NCBI GenBank assembly: GCA_051532055.1
Contig: JAOPTX010000066.1
Location: forward strand, 1 to 44,286
DNA from: Fibrobacterales bacterium
Lineage (GTDB): Bacteria > Fibrobacterota > Fibrobacteria > Fibrobacterales > JAOPTW01
Length of the DNA stretch: 44,286 nt
Reading direction: 5' to 3'
A model generated the notes under the pieces. That model was not told where the DNA came from, made no database searches, and saw nothing but the letters and a program-made list of their open reading frames with translations. Position 1 is the stretch's first letter. The number at the start of each line of letters is the position of its first letter. The translations under genes were made by a program, and so were the position numbers. Below are positions 28,730 to 37,365 of this stretch, piece after piece.

Positions 28730-29428
28730 TTAAAATTTAAGGCCTACCAACGCCACTAATTCAATTACTTGTCCATCGAGTAATTGATTCGTTTCACTTG
28801 AAGTGTACCTATCAAACCCATAAGACACATCAACACCCATTATCCATTGATCTTTTATTACAATATCTAACCCTATACCCAAATTCAGGTAAAAGCCTGA
28901 TGCCGATGAATCAAATGGATAAATATATTTTTCGGCCTCATAATCAGGGGCTTCTTCTATCAGATCGTTATACTCTTGACTTAAATCGAGAAGAGCATAC
29001 CCAACTTTAAATTGACCATACAATTGCAATAGACTCAATCCTGTATCTTTATTAAAGAGATACCCCCGTAATCCTCCACCAACTCTATTTTTTGTAAATA
29101 CATTTATTTTCAAATTTGTGTTTGCATTGGCACTTACAGCATCTATTGTTGAGTATTTATATTCTGCTACAAAACCCAGCCTCTCTGTCAAAGCCCCCGA
29201 AAGAGCAGCCCCAAGGGTTGACAACTCAGAATTTGAAGATATGGTACCATAATCATCATAAAAGTATACCCCATGGTCATTCTGTTTACCTTCAAATAAC
29301 AGACCTCCTCCCAATAGAACATAGAGACGTGTACCTCCAAAATCTTCAACTTCAATTTCATCATTTCCAGTATTTGCAATCGAAATACTGCAGAGAGTTA
29401 TAGTGAGTAACGCTATAATTTTAAACAT
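28730..29428 (-). CDS. Putative outer-membrane beta-barrel protein
   Basis: Signal peptide; amphipathic strands; C-terminal LVGLKF. Confidence 0.68.
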   Translation of the reverse strand: MFKIIALLTITLCSISIANTGNDEIEVEDFGGTRLYVLLGGGLLFEGKQNDHGVYFYDDYGTISSNSELSTLGAALSGALTERLGFVAEYKYSTIDAVSANANTNLKINVFTKNRVGGGLRGYLFNKDTGLSLLQLYGQFKVGYALLDLSQEYNDLIEEAPDYEAEKYIYPFDSSASGFYLNLGIGLDIVIKDQWIMGVDVSYGFDRYTSSETNQLLDGQVIELVALVGLKF

Positions 29429-29607
29429 TAAATATCCTTACGTAGTTATGCAGTTAAGCCACGGCCAAATCTACTATTTAGAAGTTGTTTTATAAACATC
29501 TTTTAGCCATGATACTCTGTTGAATATCAATTTACTGAAATGTATCGACCTTTGACTCATGAATTGCTTACTGCGAGGAAGCGATAGCTTCTTTCAGGTT
29601 CTGCTTT

Positions 29608-31341
29608 TTAATACCGCCACTCACCCCCAACAATAATGCGAAAGCGATCAAATGCACCATTGGGGTGTTCTGCGATTTCGGGTGCTCCAATATTTAATGC
29701 TGACACCCATACTAAAATCGATGTATTGTATAAATACTGTGATATCGTAAGGTTATATTCCCAGTGTCCTTCTACTTCAAAAGGCGAGTCGCCCCAACCA
29801 TTGACATATTGCACTGTTTGAAACTTCCCATTTGCAGTTATCTGCAGTCCAAGATCATTATGATACCGCGCCTCAACAAGTGTTGCAAGTTCAGGCTCTG
29901 TCAATTCAAATGAATGGCGCGCAGAACCCCAGGCCTTTTGAAGATGTATCGTACCATTCAATGTCAACCTATTCACTAAAAAGAGTGAACCACCTAAACT
30001 ATTTTTAAGGCCCCAGGCATTACCTCCATGGCTCGTAATACCGCCCGACCTTAATAGATATCCTCTATCAGCACTCATTGAATCATTTCTGATTGAGTCC
30101 GTCCTAAAATAATGGGGATTCATTACCACCCAGGGCGAAGTATAAACATTCCACTCAAATAGAGCATTCTTCTCCCCCTTATAAAATTCCCCCGCATACG
30201 ACTGCATTAGTTGGGTATGCCTTATCCTTACAGAATCTTGAAAATTTGAGGTTGCACGCTCTGTATAATCATCCTTGGGATTGATTGCATTTGTGACAAG
30301 AAGATTAACACCGGCACCAGATAAGCCATCATACGACTGCACCATTAGAGAGTCTCTCAATAAAAAGTATGAACCATTATAAGCAAGTGTATTGGTTAAT
30401 GTAAAAGATTCTTCATCGTTAAAGTCAAATTGAGCATAGGGGATTACCTTTAACAGGGCATCATACTCAATCAATGGGTCGTCACCCCGAACCGAAATAT
30501 CGAGCCCCAACTTGTGAGTGCTTTGATTAGTTGAATGACCACGATACTCAAGAGTGTACTCTGTCCCGTAGGACGCCCTATGAGGTAAAGCCTCATCTCC
30601 TAAATATCTTTTATAATGATACTTACCCATAAGATAAAGATCTTCGACCGCAAGTTCTGTTTGAGCGGTACGCAATTTGTAAGGAAGAAGCCTCCCACTT
30701 CCTTTTAGGTTGAGCCACAGCCATCCATCTCTGTATGATGTTCGTGAAACCCCTTTAGAAAATCTTTTTTCTACACCTGTTACGAAAGAGGAATATTGGG
30801 CGTAATTTTCACCAAACCAAGAATAGTTAATAGCCTCAAAGGTTGGATTTGTTCTATTTAAAACATGCTGCTTATACTGCATATCCTCCGCACTGAAGTG
30901 GTCAACTTGTTCAAATGAGAAAAACATCTTCCAATCAGAAAAAGAAGGGGAGTAAAGCGTAAGTTCTGTCATAGGAGTCCTATTAGACTCTGTGTTATAC
31001 CCATCCTTCAGCTCTTGTATTAAGGGATCGCCAACTTCATTGCCCGTCTGTATTCGCGTGTACTTTGATTGTGGAAGGGGTTTAAACACAGAATATTTCT
31101 TGCCATAGAGTTCGAACTGGTCAAATGATGGTAACGAGTATAGTTCTCGTGATGAATAGGGGAGTGCCAAGGTGTATGGTTTTGTAAAAAACTCACTGCC
31201 CGTCTGTAGTATAAAAGGGTCTATTGTTTGACTTTTACTTTCGAGTGCTCCACACTCTGTTCTAATATTCGACCCTTGAGCCTCCACCTGAAATACTGCT
31301 GAAAATAAAATAATTATTAGAATAAGAATGTTTTTTACCAT
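29608..31341 (-). CDS. Putative large outer-membrane beta-barrel protein of unknown function
   Basis: Signal peptide; strand-like pattern; C-terminus LNI...EHPNG...IIVGGEWRY reminiscent of TonB-receptor ends. Confidence 0.6.
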   Translation of the reverse strand: MVKNILILIIILFSAVFQVEAQGSNIRTECGALESKSQTIDPFILQTGSEFFTKPYTLALPYSSRELYSLPSFDQFELYGKKYSVFKPLPQSKYTRIQTGNEVGDPLIQELKDGYNTESNRTPMTELTLYSPSFSDWKMFFSFEQVDHFSAEDMQYKQHVLNRTNPTFEAINYSWFGENYAQYSSFVTGVEKRFSKGVSRTSYRDGWLWLNLKGSGRLLPYKLRTAQTELAVEDLYLMGKYHYKRYLGDEALPHRASYGTEYTLEYRGHSTNQSTHKLGLDISVRGDDPLIEYDALLKVIPYAQFDFNDEESFTLTNTLAYNGSYFLLRDSLMVQSYDGLSGAGVNLLVTNAINPKDDYTERATSNFQDSVRIRHTQLMQSYAGEFYKGEKNALFEWNVYTSPWVVMNPHYFRTDSIRNDSMSADRGYLLRSGGITSHGGNAWGLKNSLGGSLFLVNRLTLNGTIHLQKAWGSARHSFELTEPELATLVEARYHNDLGLQITANGKFQTVQYVNGWGDSPFEVEGHWEYNLTISQYLYNTSILVWVSALNIGAPEIAEHPNGAFDRFRIIVGGEWRY

Positions 31342-31895
31342 GCCGCATACTCCACTTTCAAAAACACAGATGCAAACTGAGAGTACTCAGGTTCTGTAAA
31401 AAGTACATCCCACGAACCTTCAATAGAGAGATCGAATTGCCCTAATGTGAGCACAGGTGTTTGTATGGCCCCATACACTCCAAAGTCTGATTCATTGTCA
31501 TCGAGCATTAATGGAGGGCCATCATTCGAACGAGATCGTACAAATGAGAGGGAAAGCCCACCACTCATTCGAGCTTTTAATGGGAGTAAATAGGCGTATC
31601 CCGCCTTACCGCGTATATACCAAATTTCTACTGGTCGATGCTGTGCCTTAATTGAACTACCCTCAAGGGCAAGTATTATACTACTTGCCGTACCATATTC
31701 TGTAGCAAATGAAAAACCAATGAGTGGGCCTATTTCTAAAACATCATCGAGATTATCAAGGGGAATAATACTACCGAATGACAGGCCAAAAGTTCCTGTT
31801 GAAAATTGAGGATACTCAATACTATCAATATCCTCATTACCTAATGCGAAGCATGAAGCACCGAGAAGTACTATGCAAAGGAAACAATTCCTCAC
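31335..31895 (-). CDS. Putative small outer-membrane beta-barrel protein
   Basis: Signal peptide; amphipathic strands; terminal Trp; GTG start overlaps the rsmB stop. Confidence 0.6.
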   Translation of the reverse strand: MRNCFLCIVLLGASCFALGNEDIDSIEYPQFSTGTFGLSFGSIIPLDNLDDVLEIGPLIGFSFATEYGTASSIILALEGSSIKAQHRPVEIWYIRGKAGYAYLLPLKARMSGGLSLSFVRSRSNDGPPLMLDDNESDFGVYGAIQTPVLTLGQFDLSIEGSWDVLFTEPEYSQFASVFLKVEYAAW

Positions 31896-33205
31896 CCTAT
31901 TCTCCTAAGGCGTGCCCCAAAAAAACCATCAAAAGGTGACTGTCCAGGAATAATTTTAACCATGTGATTTGATACATGGTCTGGGTCTACAAATTGCTCA
32001 GCGTCATCCAACACATAATGAGGGTTATTTTTTAAAAATGTTTCGATAACAACTTCACACTCCTCAGACTCAGGGCTACAGGTAGCATACACTATGACAC
32101 CACCGGGCTCACAGTACCGTGAACACTCTTCAAGAATACCGAGCTGTATTTTAGATATGTCAGTTATTTCGTGTGGCGTTACATTCCATTTTGCTTCTGG
32201 CCTACGAGCAAGGACACCCATATTTGAACAAGGGGCATCAATGAGTATTTTACTAAACAATGTTTTAAAAGGAAGTTGCCGAGCATCCATAGCAACTTTT
32301 TGATAAGAATGCAAGTCAAGGCGACTTGTTAAATCATTCAGTTTTTGTAATCGACTTGGCTTAAGGTCTGCTGCAACAACCTGAACCGCATCTCCCATCT
32401 GCTCAAGAATCATCGCCGTCTTACCACCTGGTGCTGCGCAAGCATCAAGTATCATGTCGCCCTCTAATGGGCCTAATAACTGAAACATAAGAAATGATGC
32501 GGGGTCTTGTACCGAAAAGAGGCCTTCACTAAATGCACTTGAGCGAATGAGTGCCCCGAGTGAACCCGTTACTTGGTAGTACGTATCAAATACTGAATTT
32601 CCTAATTCCTGTTTTATCTCATCGGGAAGTTGATCATGTGAAGTGCCATTTTTATTATTGATACGAATCCAGGTATCAGCTTGTTTATTTTGATGTTCTA
32701 AACGTTTAATAAGTACATGCTGACCATTCTCTTTGAGCCATTTTTTTACCAGCCACTCAGGGTGCGAATACCGTAGTGCCAATTGTTTGGTACTATTGCC
32801 CTTTGGTATGTAGAGACCTTCACGAAGGACATTCCTCAAAACTGCATTACAAAAATCACCCTGTTTTTGACCCATCTCACTTTTTACCATTTCTACGAGA
32901 GGATGTATAATTGCATGATCAGGCATACCACCTTCTCTCATCCAACCAATCTGATAGACCCCTACTTGTAGGGCAATATAGAGTCGTGGTTTTGGTTTTT
33001 TCTTAAGATACTTTTTTAGAGTCACCTCAATTAACGAGCGATTACGAATAACGCCCATTGATAGCTCAAGAGCAAAACCACGATCCTCAGAGGTCAGTGT
33101 CTCTGAAAGGGCCCTTACCAGATCTGCAACGAAACCACTCCCTTGGGTAAACCCATAGAGTGCTTCAACTGCAACAGCACGCGAAGCTACACCAGCGACT
33201 GTAAT
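31892..33205 (-). CDS. rsmB: 16S rRNA m5C967 methyltransferase RsmB (start uncertain, probably ATT at 33205)
   Basis: VQDPAS, LDACAAPGGKT, DAPCS, YATCS; the frame is open upstream of the track ATG (33058) and encodes NusB-like SRAVAVEAL...EDRGFALELSMGV. Confidence 0.9.
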   Translation of the reverse strand: MTVAGVASRAVAVEALYGFTQGSGFVADLVRALSETLTSEDRGFALELSMGVIRNRSLIEVTLKKYLKKKPKPRLYIALQVGVYQIGWMREGGMPDHAIIHPLVEMVKSEMGQKQGDFCNAVLRNVLREGLYIPKGNSTKQLALRYSHPEWLVKKWLKENGQHVLIKRLEHQNKQADTWIRINNKNGTSHDQLPDEIKQELGNSVFDTYYQVTGSLGALIRSSAFSEGLFSVQDPASFLMFQLLGPLEGDMILDACAAPGGKTAMILEQMGDAVQVVAADLKPSRLQKLNDLTSRLDLHSYQKVAMDARQLPFKTLFSKILIDAPCSNMGVLARRPEAKWNVTPHEITDISKIQLGILEECSRYCEPGGVIVYATCSPESEECEVVIETFLKNNPHYVLDDAEQFVDPDHVSNHMVKIIPGQSPFDGFFGARLRRIG

Positions 33206-34125
33206 TGCAACCCCTCACGATTTTGAAGTCCATTATAAAAATCAATTGCACCCATCGCCTTCTTGCCTTCAAGCTGTAGTTCAAGAATTTGCAATACTCC
33301 ATCACTCGTACTCACAAACAACTCTTTCTCACTATTAAAATAGAGCACTCCTGCCGCACCTTTTGGGGTTTCATCAGACACTAGTCGGGCAGTACGAATA
33401 CGAAACATTTTGCCTTCGAGGTATGAATAGCAAACAGGGTAAGGAAAGAACCCTCTAATAAGGTTATAAATGATGCCTGTCGGTGCAGCCCAATCAATAA
33501 GTCCATCTTCCTTTTTAAGCTTTCGAGCAGAGGTTGCCTTTTCATGATTTTGCTCAAGAGGAGTATAGTCACCAGAATCAATTTTATGGAGCGCACTATC
33601 AAGAGCGTCACACCCAATATGCATTATCTTATCAAAGAGGGTTTCAGCAGTATCTTCAATAGCAATAGGGCATTTTTTTACCTCTAACACAGGACCGTGA
33701 TCCATTTTTTCATCAAGTAAAAAAACGGTAACACCACTTTCCGTATCACCATTAGCCACAGCCCACTGAACAGGGGCTGCTCCACGATATTTGGGCAAAA
33801 GACTTCCATGAACATTAATTGAACCATGGGTCGGTATCGCCAATACCTTTTTGGGTAAAATAGAGAAGGCAACTACCACAAATAGGTCCGGTTTCAATGC
33901 TGATAGTTCTGCACAAAATTGATCATCTTTGAGAGACTCAGGCTGCATAACCGGGATATTAAGCTCTAAAGCAGCTTCTTTCACTGGAGGTGCCTGCAGT
34001 TTTCTCCCTCTTCCTTTGGGTCGGTCTGGTTGGGTAACTACAGCTGAGACCGTATGACCTGCCTCACGAACTCTATTCAAAAAAGAGACTGAAAAATCTG
34101 GAGTCCCCATAAATACTACATTCAT
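33187..34125 (-). CDS. fmt: Methionyl-tRNA formyltransferase
   Basis: VFMGTPDFS, VVTQPDRPKGRG, INVHGSLLPKYRGAAP. Confidence 0.98.
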   Translation of the reverse strand: MNVVFMGTPDFSVSFLNRVREAGHTVSAVVTQPDRPKGRGRKLQAPPVKEAALELNIPVMQPESLKDDQFCAELSALKPDLFVVVAFSILPKKVLAIPTHGSINVHGSLLPKYRGAAPVQWAVANGDTESGVTVFLLDEKMDHGPVLEVKKCPIAIEDTAETLFDKIMHIGCDALDSALHKIDSGDYTPLEQNHEKATSARKLKKEDGLIDWAAPTGIIYNLIRGFFPYPVCYSYLEGKMFRIRTARLVSDETPKGAAGVLYFNSEKELFVSTSDGVLQILELQLEGKKAMGAIDFYNGLQNREGLQLQSLV

Positions 34126-34252
34126 CATAATCCAATCTGGAATTTCTATTGGGTCAATGTAGTAAATTTCACAATTCTGGTATAGCAGCCCTTTTTATTC
34201 GTGCAATTTGGCCCTCAAAGTTGGACAATTGAGGTAACCATAAAAGGGTGAC

Positions 34253-35200
34253 ATGGCCGGAAAAAATAGTTTTAAAAAGAATGCGATACTCTTTAAAGAG
34301 GGTGACCGTGGAGATTGCATGTATTTCATCAACTCCGGTGAAGTAGTCATTTTTAAAAACACACCTGCAGGCCCCATTCACCTCGCTCGCCTCTCTAAAG
34401 CCGCAGTATTTGGAGAGATGGCAATAATCAACAAAGAGCCACGTTCTGCAAATGCCCTCGCCCTTACTGATATCACAGCTACAGAAGTCTCGAATATTGA
34501 ATTCAATCTTCAAATTGAGAAGATTCCTCATTGGTATAAGTCCATTATATCTATGACCAGTATACGGATTAGAGAAACCAATATGCGGCTTCTATCTGGC
34601 AAAAATAAAGTTAACATAACCAATATCTCTCATGTACTCTTTCAGGTGTTCTGCTATGATCAACAGAGCCGGTTAAAAAATACTGATTTTGTCGTCAATG
34701 AGATATCTGAGATTTTGGGCCTCAATCAATCAATCATTATTTCTGGACTTAAAACCCTCGAAAAGCTTGATTTAGTACGGTTTGACCGTCAAGAGATAAT
34801 GATTCCTGAACTCGAAATACTCCTTGGATATAGTGAATACCTCAAAATAGATACCTTGGAGAAAAAGCACAATAAAGAGTTCTGCTATTTATTAGATGTT
34901 TTACCCCGAGTGTGTATCGATCTACAACTCGAGGGAGTCTTTAGCTTCTACGTCGAACTTTTTGCTATGAAAAAGGAGTTGCGTCAAGCAACTCGCGCTG
35001 AGCTGAGCTTTATTGAAATTTTCCTTCAAATTCTCCAGAAAGTTCATATCATTTCATTTATTGAGGCAGAAGATTCTATCAAATTATTAGAGACCCTGGG
35101 AAATAAGTCTGCAGTTGCCAAGCAATTTTACCGAATAGATATAAAAAGACTCCAATGTCTCAATAAAACTATAAAGCAGTTAAACCTATTACAAAACTAA
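34253..35200 (+). CDS. Cyclic-nucleotide-binding (Crp/Fnr-like) protein
   Basis: LFKEGDRGDCMYFINSG, FGEMAII..EPRSANA; HTH-like ISEILGL segment. Confidence 0.82.
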   Translation: MAGKNSFKKNAILFKEGDRGDCMYFINSGEVVIFKNTPAGPIHLARLSKAAVFGEMAIINKEPRSANALALTDITATEVSNIEFNLQIEKIPHWYKSIISMTSIRIRETNMRLLSGKNKVNITNISHVLFQVFCYDQQSRLKNTDFVVNEISEILGLNQSIIISGLKTLEKLDLVRFDRQEIMIPELEILLGYSEYLKIDTLEKKHNKEFCYLLDVLPRVCIDLQLEGVFSFYVELFAMKKELRQATRAELSFIEIFLQILQKVHIISFIEAEDSIKLLETLGNKSAVAKQFYRIDIKRLQCLNKTIKQLNLLQN

Positions 35201-35202
35201 CT

Positions 35203-36402
35203 ATGCCGATACTAATTATACTACTGCTCATTGCACCACTTGCCATGGCAAAAGACTATAATGATCCTGATCCTCGCTGTAATGAGGCCTTTACTGGTGA
35301 TGCAAGTACATTTGCCCCAACTGAAATTTGTGGAGACATTCAGCTACCTACCAGTCTAAGAAAATGTAAATCTCCTTATTTGGTAACCGATGATATTTAT
35401 ATTCCAACAAACTCTCGCCTAAGAATTGAGGCTGGTGTTGAACTAATTATTTCAAAAAAACAGTGGTGTCATGGCCCCAAAGACTCACTTAGGGCGGCAG
35501 CCGCTACAAAATGGAAAAAACAAGTCGATTGGAATGATAGCCAATATGTGTCCATTAAAGCCGATGGAGCCTTTTTTATTGTGGGCACCGAAAAAGAACC
35601 AGTGATCATTCGACCAGAAAACAGTACCCTGAAGCGCGCCACTTGGGACGGTATTCGCCTCAAAGAAAAGTCTCATATTACTACTCAAATTGAGTATTTA
35701 CATATATCTGGCGCAAACAAAGCAATAAATATAGAGCACTCCACTTTCAATATTGCCAACTCACTCTTTGAAAATAATAATGTTGGCATTGCTATCGATA
35801 AACTGAGTATTATCCCCATTTATAACTCGGTTTTTACCGAAAACTACAGCGCGGGAATCTACCATAAACATTCTGGGGCAAAGCTGTATGCAAATATTTT
35901 TTACAATAACTTTAACTACGGAATTTGGGCAGATTCTCGTCACTCACTTGAGGCAAACTACAATATTTTCTTTAATAACAGTGAGGCTGACTGTTTTCAT
36001 TGCCCACTCACAATTTCCCAAATAACAACTACCAATGATAATGGTGATTCTGCTGATACTCATTACAATCTCTTTAAGGACCCTATTTTTGTGGGATCCC
36101 CTCAAGAAGCAGAAGAGATAAAAAAGGACCTCGACTTAAACACCCCAAAAGTAGAGATTAAAGACACCATTCTATATCACCTAGAACTCAAATCAAGAAA
36201 AAGAAAGAATTTAGGGTTAAAAAAAGTACCGCTCTTTATTCCTCGCGGACCCAAAGAGGCCCCCTACCGCTTGAGTAAGTATTCTCCTGCTATACAGGGC
36301 GCTTCTTCTCACTCATTTTTCATGAATAGTGATAGCAGTCAAGGGGATATTGGGCTCTATGGTGGCACCAATAATCGAGTGAGTAAAAGATTTCCCAAAT
36401 AA
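35203..36402 (+). CDS. Secreted right-handed parallel beta-helix protein
   Basis: Signal peptide; LRIEAGV, GT.KEPVI, WDGI, Asn-ladder repeats; YRLSKYSPAI...DIGLYGG. Confidence 0.75.
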   Translation: MPILIILLLIAPLAMAKDYNDPDPRCNEAFTGDASTFAPTEICGDIQLPTSLRKCKSPYLVTDDIYIPTNSRLRIEAGVELIISKKQWCHGPKDSLRAAAATKWKKQVDWNDSQYVSIKADGAFFIVGTEKEPVIIRPENSTLKRATWDGIRLKEKSHITTQIEYLHISGANKAINIEHSTFNIANSLFENNNVGIAIDKLSIIPIYNSVFTENYSAGIYHKHSGAKLYANIFYNNFNYGIWADSRHSLEANYNIFFNNSEADCFHCPLTISQITTTNDNGDSADTHYNLFKDPIFVGSPQEAEEIKKDLDLNTPKVEIKDTILYHLELKSRKRKNLGLKKVPLFIPRGPKEAPYRLSKYSPAIQGASSHSFFMNSDSSQGDIGLYGGTNNRVSKRFPK

Positions 36403-36439
36403 AAAAGCCACTTCTTAGAGACAAATCTCACACAATCAA

Positions 36440-36868
36440 TTACTCAAGAAAAGGATTTACTCCTTCTTCCGCCTGTTCGATCACTACTAAATCTGACTCA
36501 TCTACGTCAACCTCAACAGCAGCTTCTTCTTGTGCTAAGCGCTCAGCTATCTCATCTTGCGGCGATAAAGGGCGTTTATATTCGGTGCTCTCTGGTGAAT
36601 CTACTGCTGAATCATCATCCTGTTCGCTTGCCTCTTCCATTTTATCAACATAACTATTGAGCACTGTTGGTGTTACTGCTTTCGAGTCATATATTGCATT
36701 CATCAAGCTCACATCAAGTACATATGCATTTGACTGAGGCATGCCCCCAAGAATACTCATGGTTTGGGTCTGCTGCATTGAACTTCTCATTTTTTGAGAC
36801 TCTTCGGCAGAAAAAAGGCCTACTCTATTTGTGCTTGAACTCACTGAATCATATCCACTTATGTACAT
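36440..36868 (-). CDS. Hypothetical acidic protein
   Basis: 142-aa ORF with SD GGGGAG before ATG; no family recognised. Confidence 0.65.
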   Translation of the reverse strand: MYISGYDSVSSSTNRVGLFSAEESQKMRSSMQQTQTMSILGGMPQSNAYVLDVSLMNAIYDSKAVTPTVLNSYVDKMEEASEQDDDSAVDSPESTEYKRPLSPQDEIAERLAQEEAAVEVDVDESDLVVIEQAEEGVNPFLE

Positions 36869-36903
36869 AGTTGCTCCCCTTCACTAGAGACTCTCCTTTA
36901 TAT

Positions 36904-36930
36904 CTATCGAAAATTTAAAGTAAAAGCTTA
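36904..36930 (-). promoter_or_regulatory. Sigma-28 (FliA)-like promoter
   Basis: Minus strand TAAG-N15-TTCGATAG versus consensus TAAA-N15-GCCGATAA. Confidence 0.4.
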
Positions 36931-37084
36931 AGTAGTTTATCATCTTTTACATTGTAAACGGATGAAGATTTCGAAATTAGGGTTATTTGTGTAAATAAAT
37001 TGAATGTTGAGCCACACAACACACTGGCCAGAGACAAATTTTTCGAATTAACTACATTTGGCCCAACATCAGTGGAGAAGAAGA

Positions 37085-37354
37085 ATGTCAGAATCAATTA
37101 ATCCAAAAGATCTACCTATGGAACTCGGTGTGCAACCTATCGATGCACTTATGGAAGAGTATGCCCTTAAAAACAATGATCTTGTTGCTGCATCTACTGA
37201 ACAGCTTTCACACAAAATTGTTGGGAAAGCGCGTAAAGGAAGAAAAATCACTAAACGCCTTCAACGTAAAGTAATTGATGCCTTTAATTCTGCATGTCAT
37301 GAACGTTTTGACGACTTTATGACTCTCAAAAAAGAGTCCCTCTTTAATTATTAA
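37085..37354 (+). CDS. Small hypothetical protein, possible HTH-like fold
   Basis: SD GGAG + ATG 37085; GVQPIDALM...NDLVAASTEQLSHKIVGKARKGR. Confidence 0.7.
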   Translation: MSESINPKDLPMELGVQPIDALMEEYALKNNDLVAASTEQLSHKIVGKARKGRKITKRLQRKVIDAFNSACHERFDDFMTLKKESLFNY

Positions 37355-37365
37355 AGACACCACCC

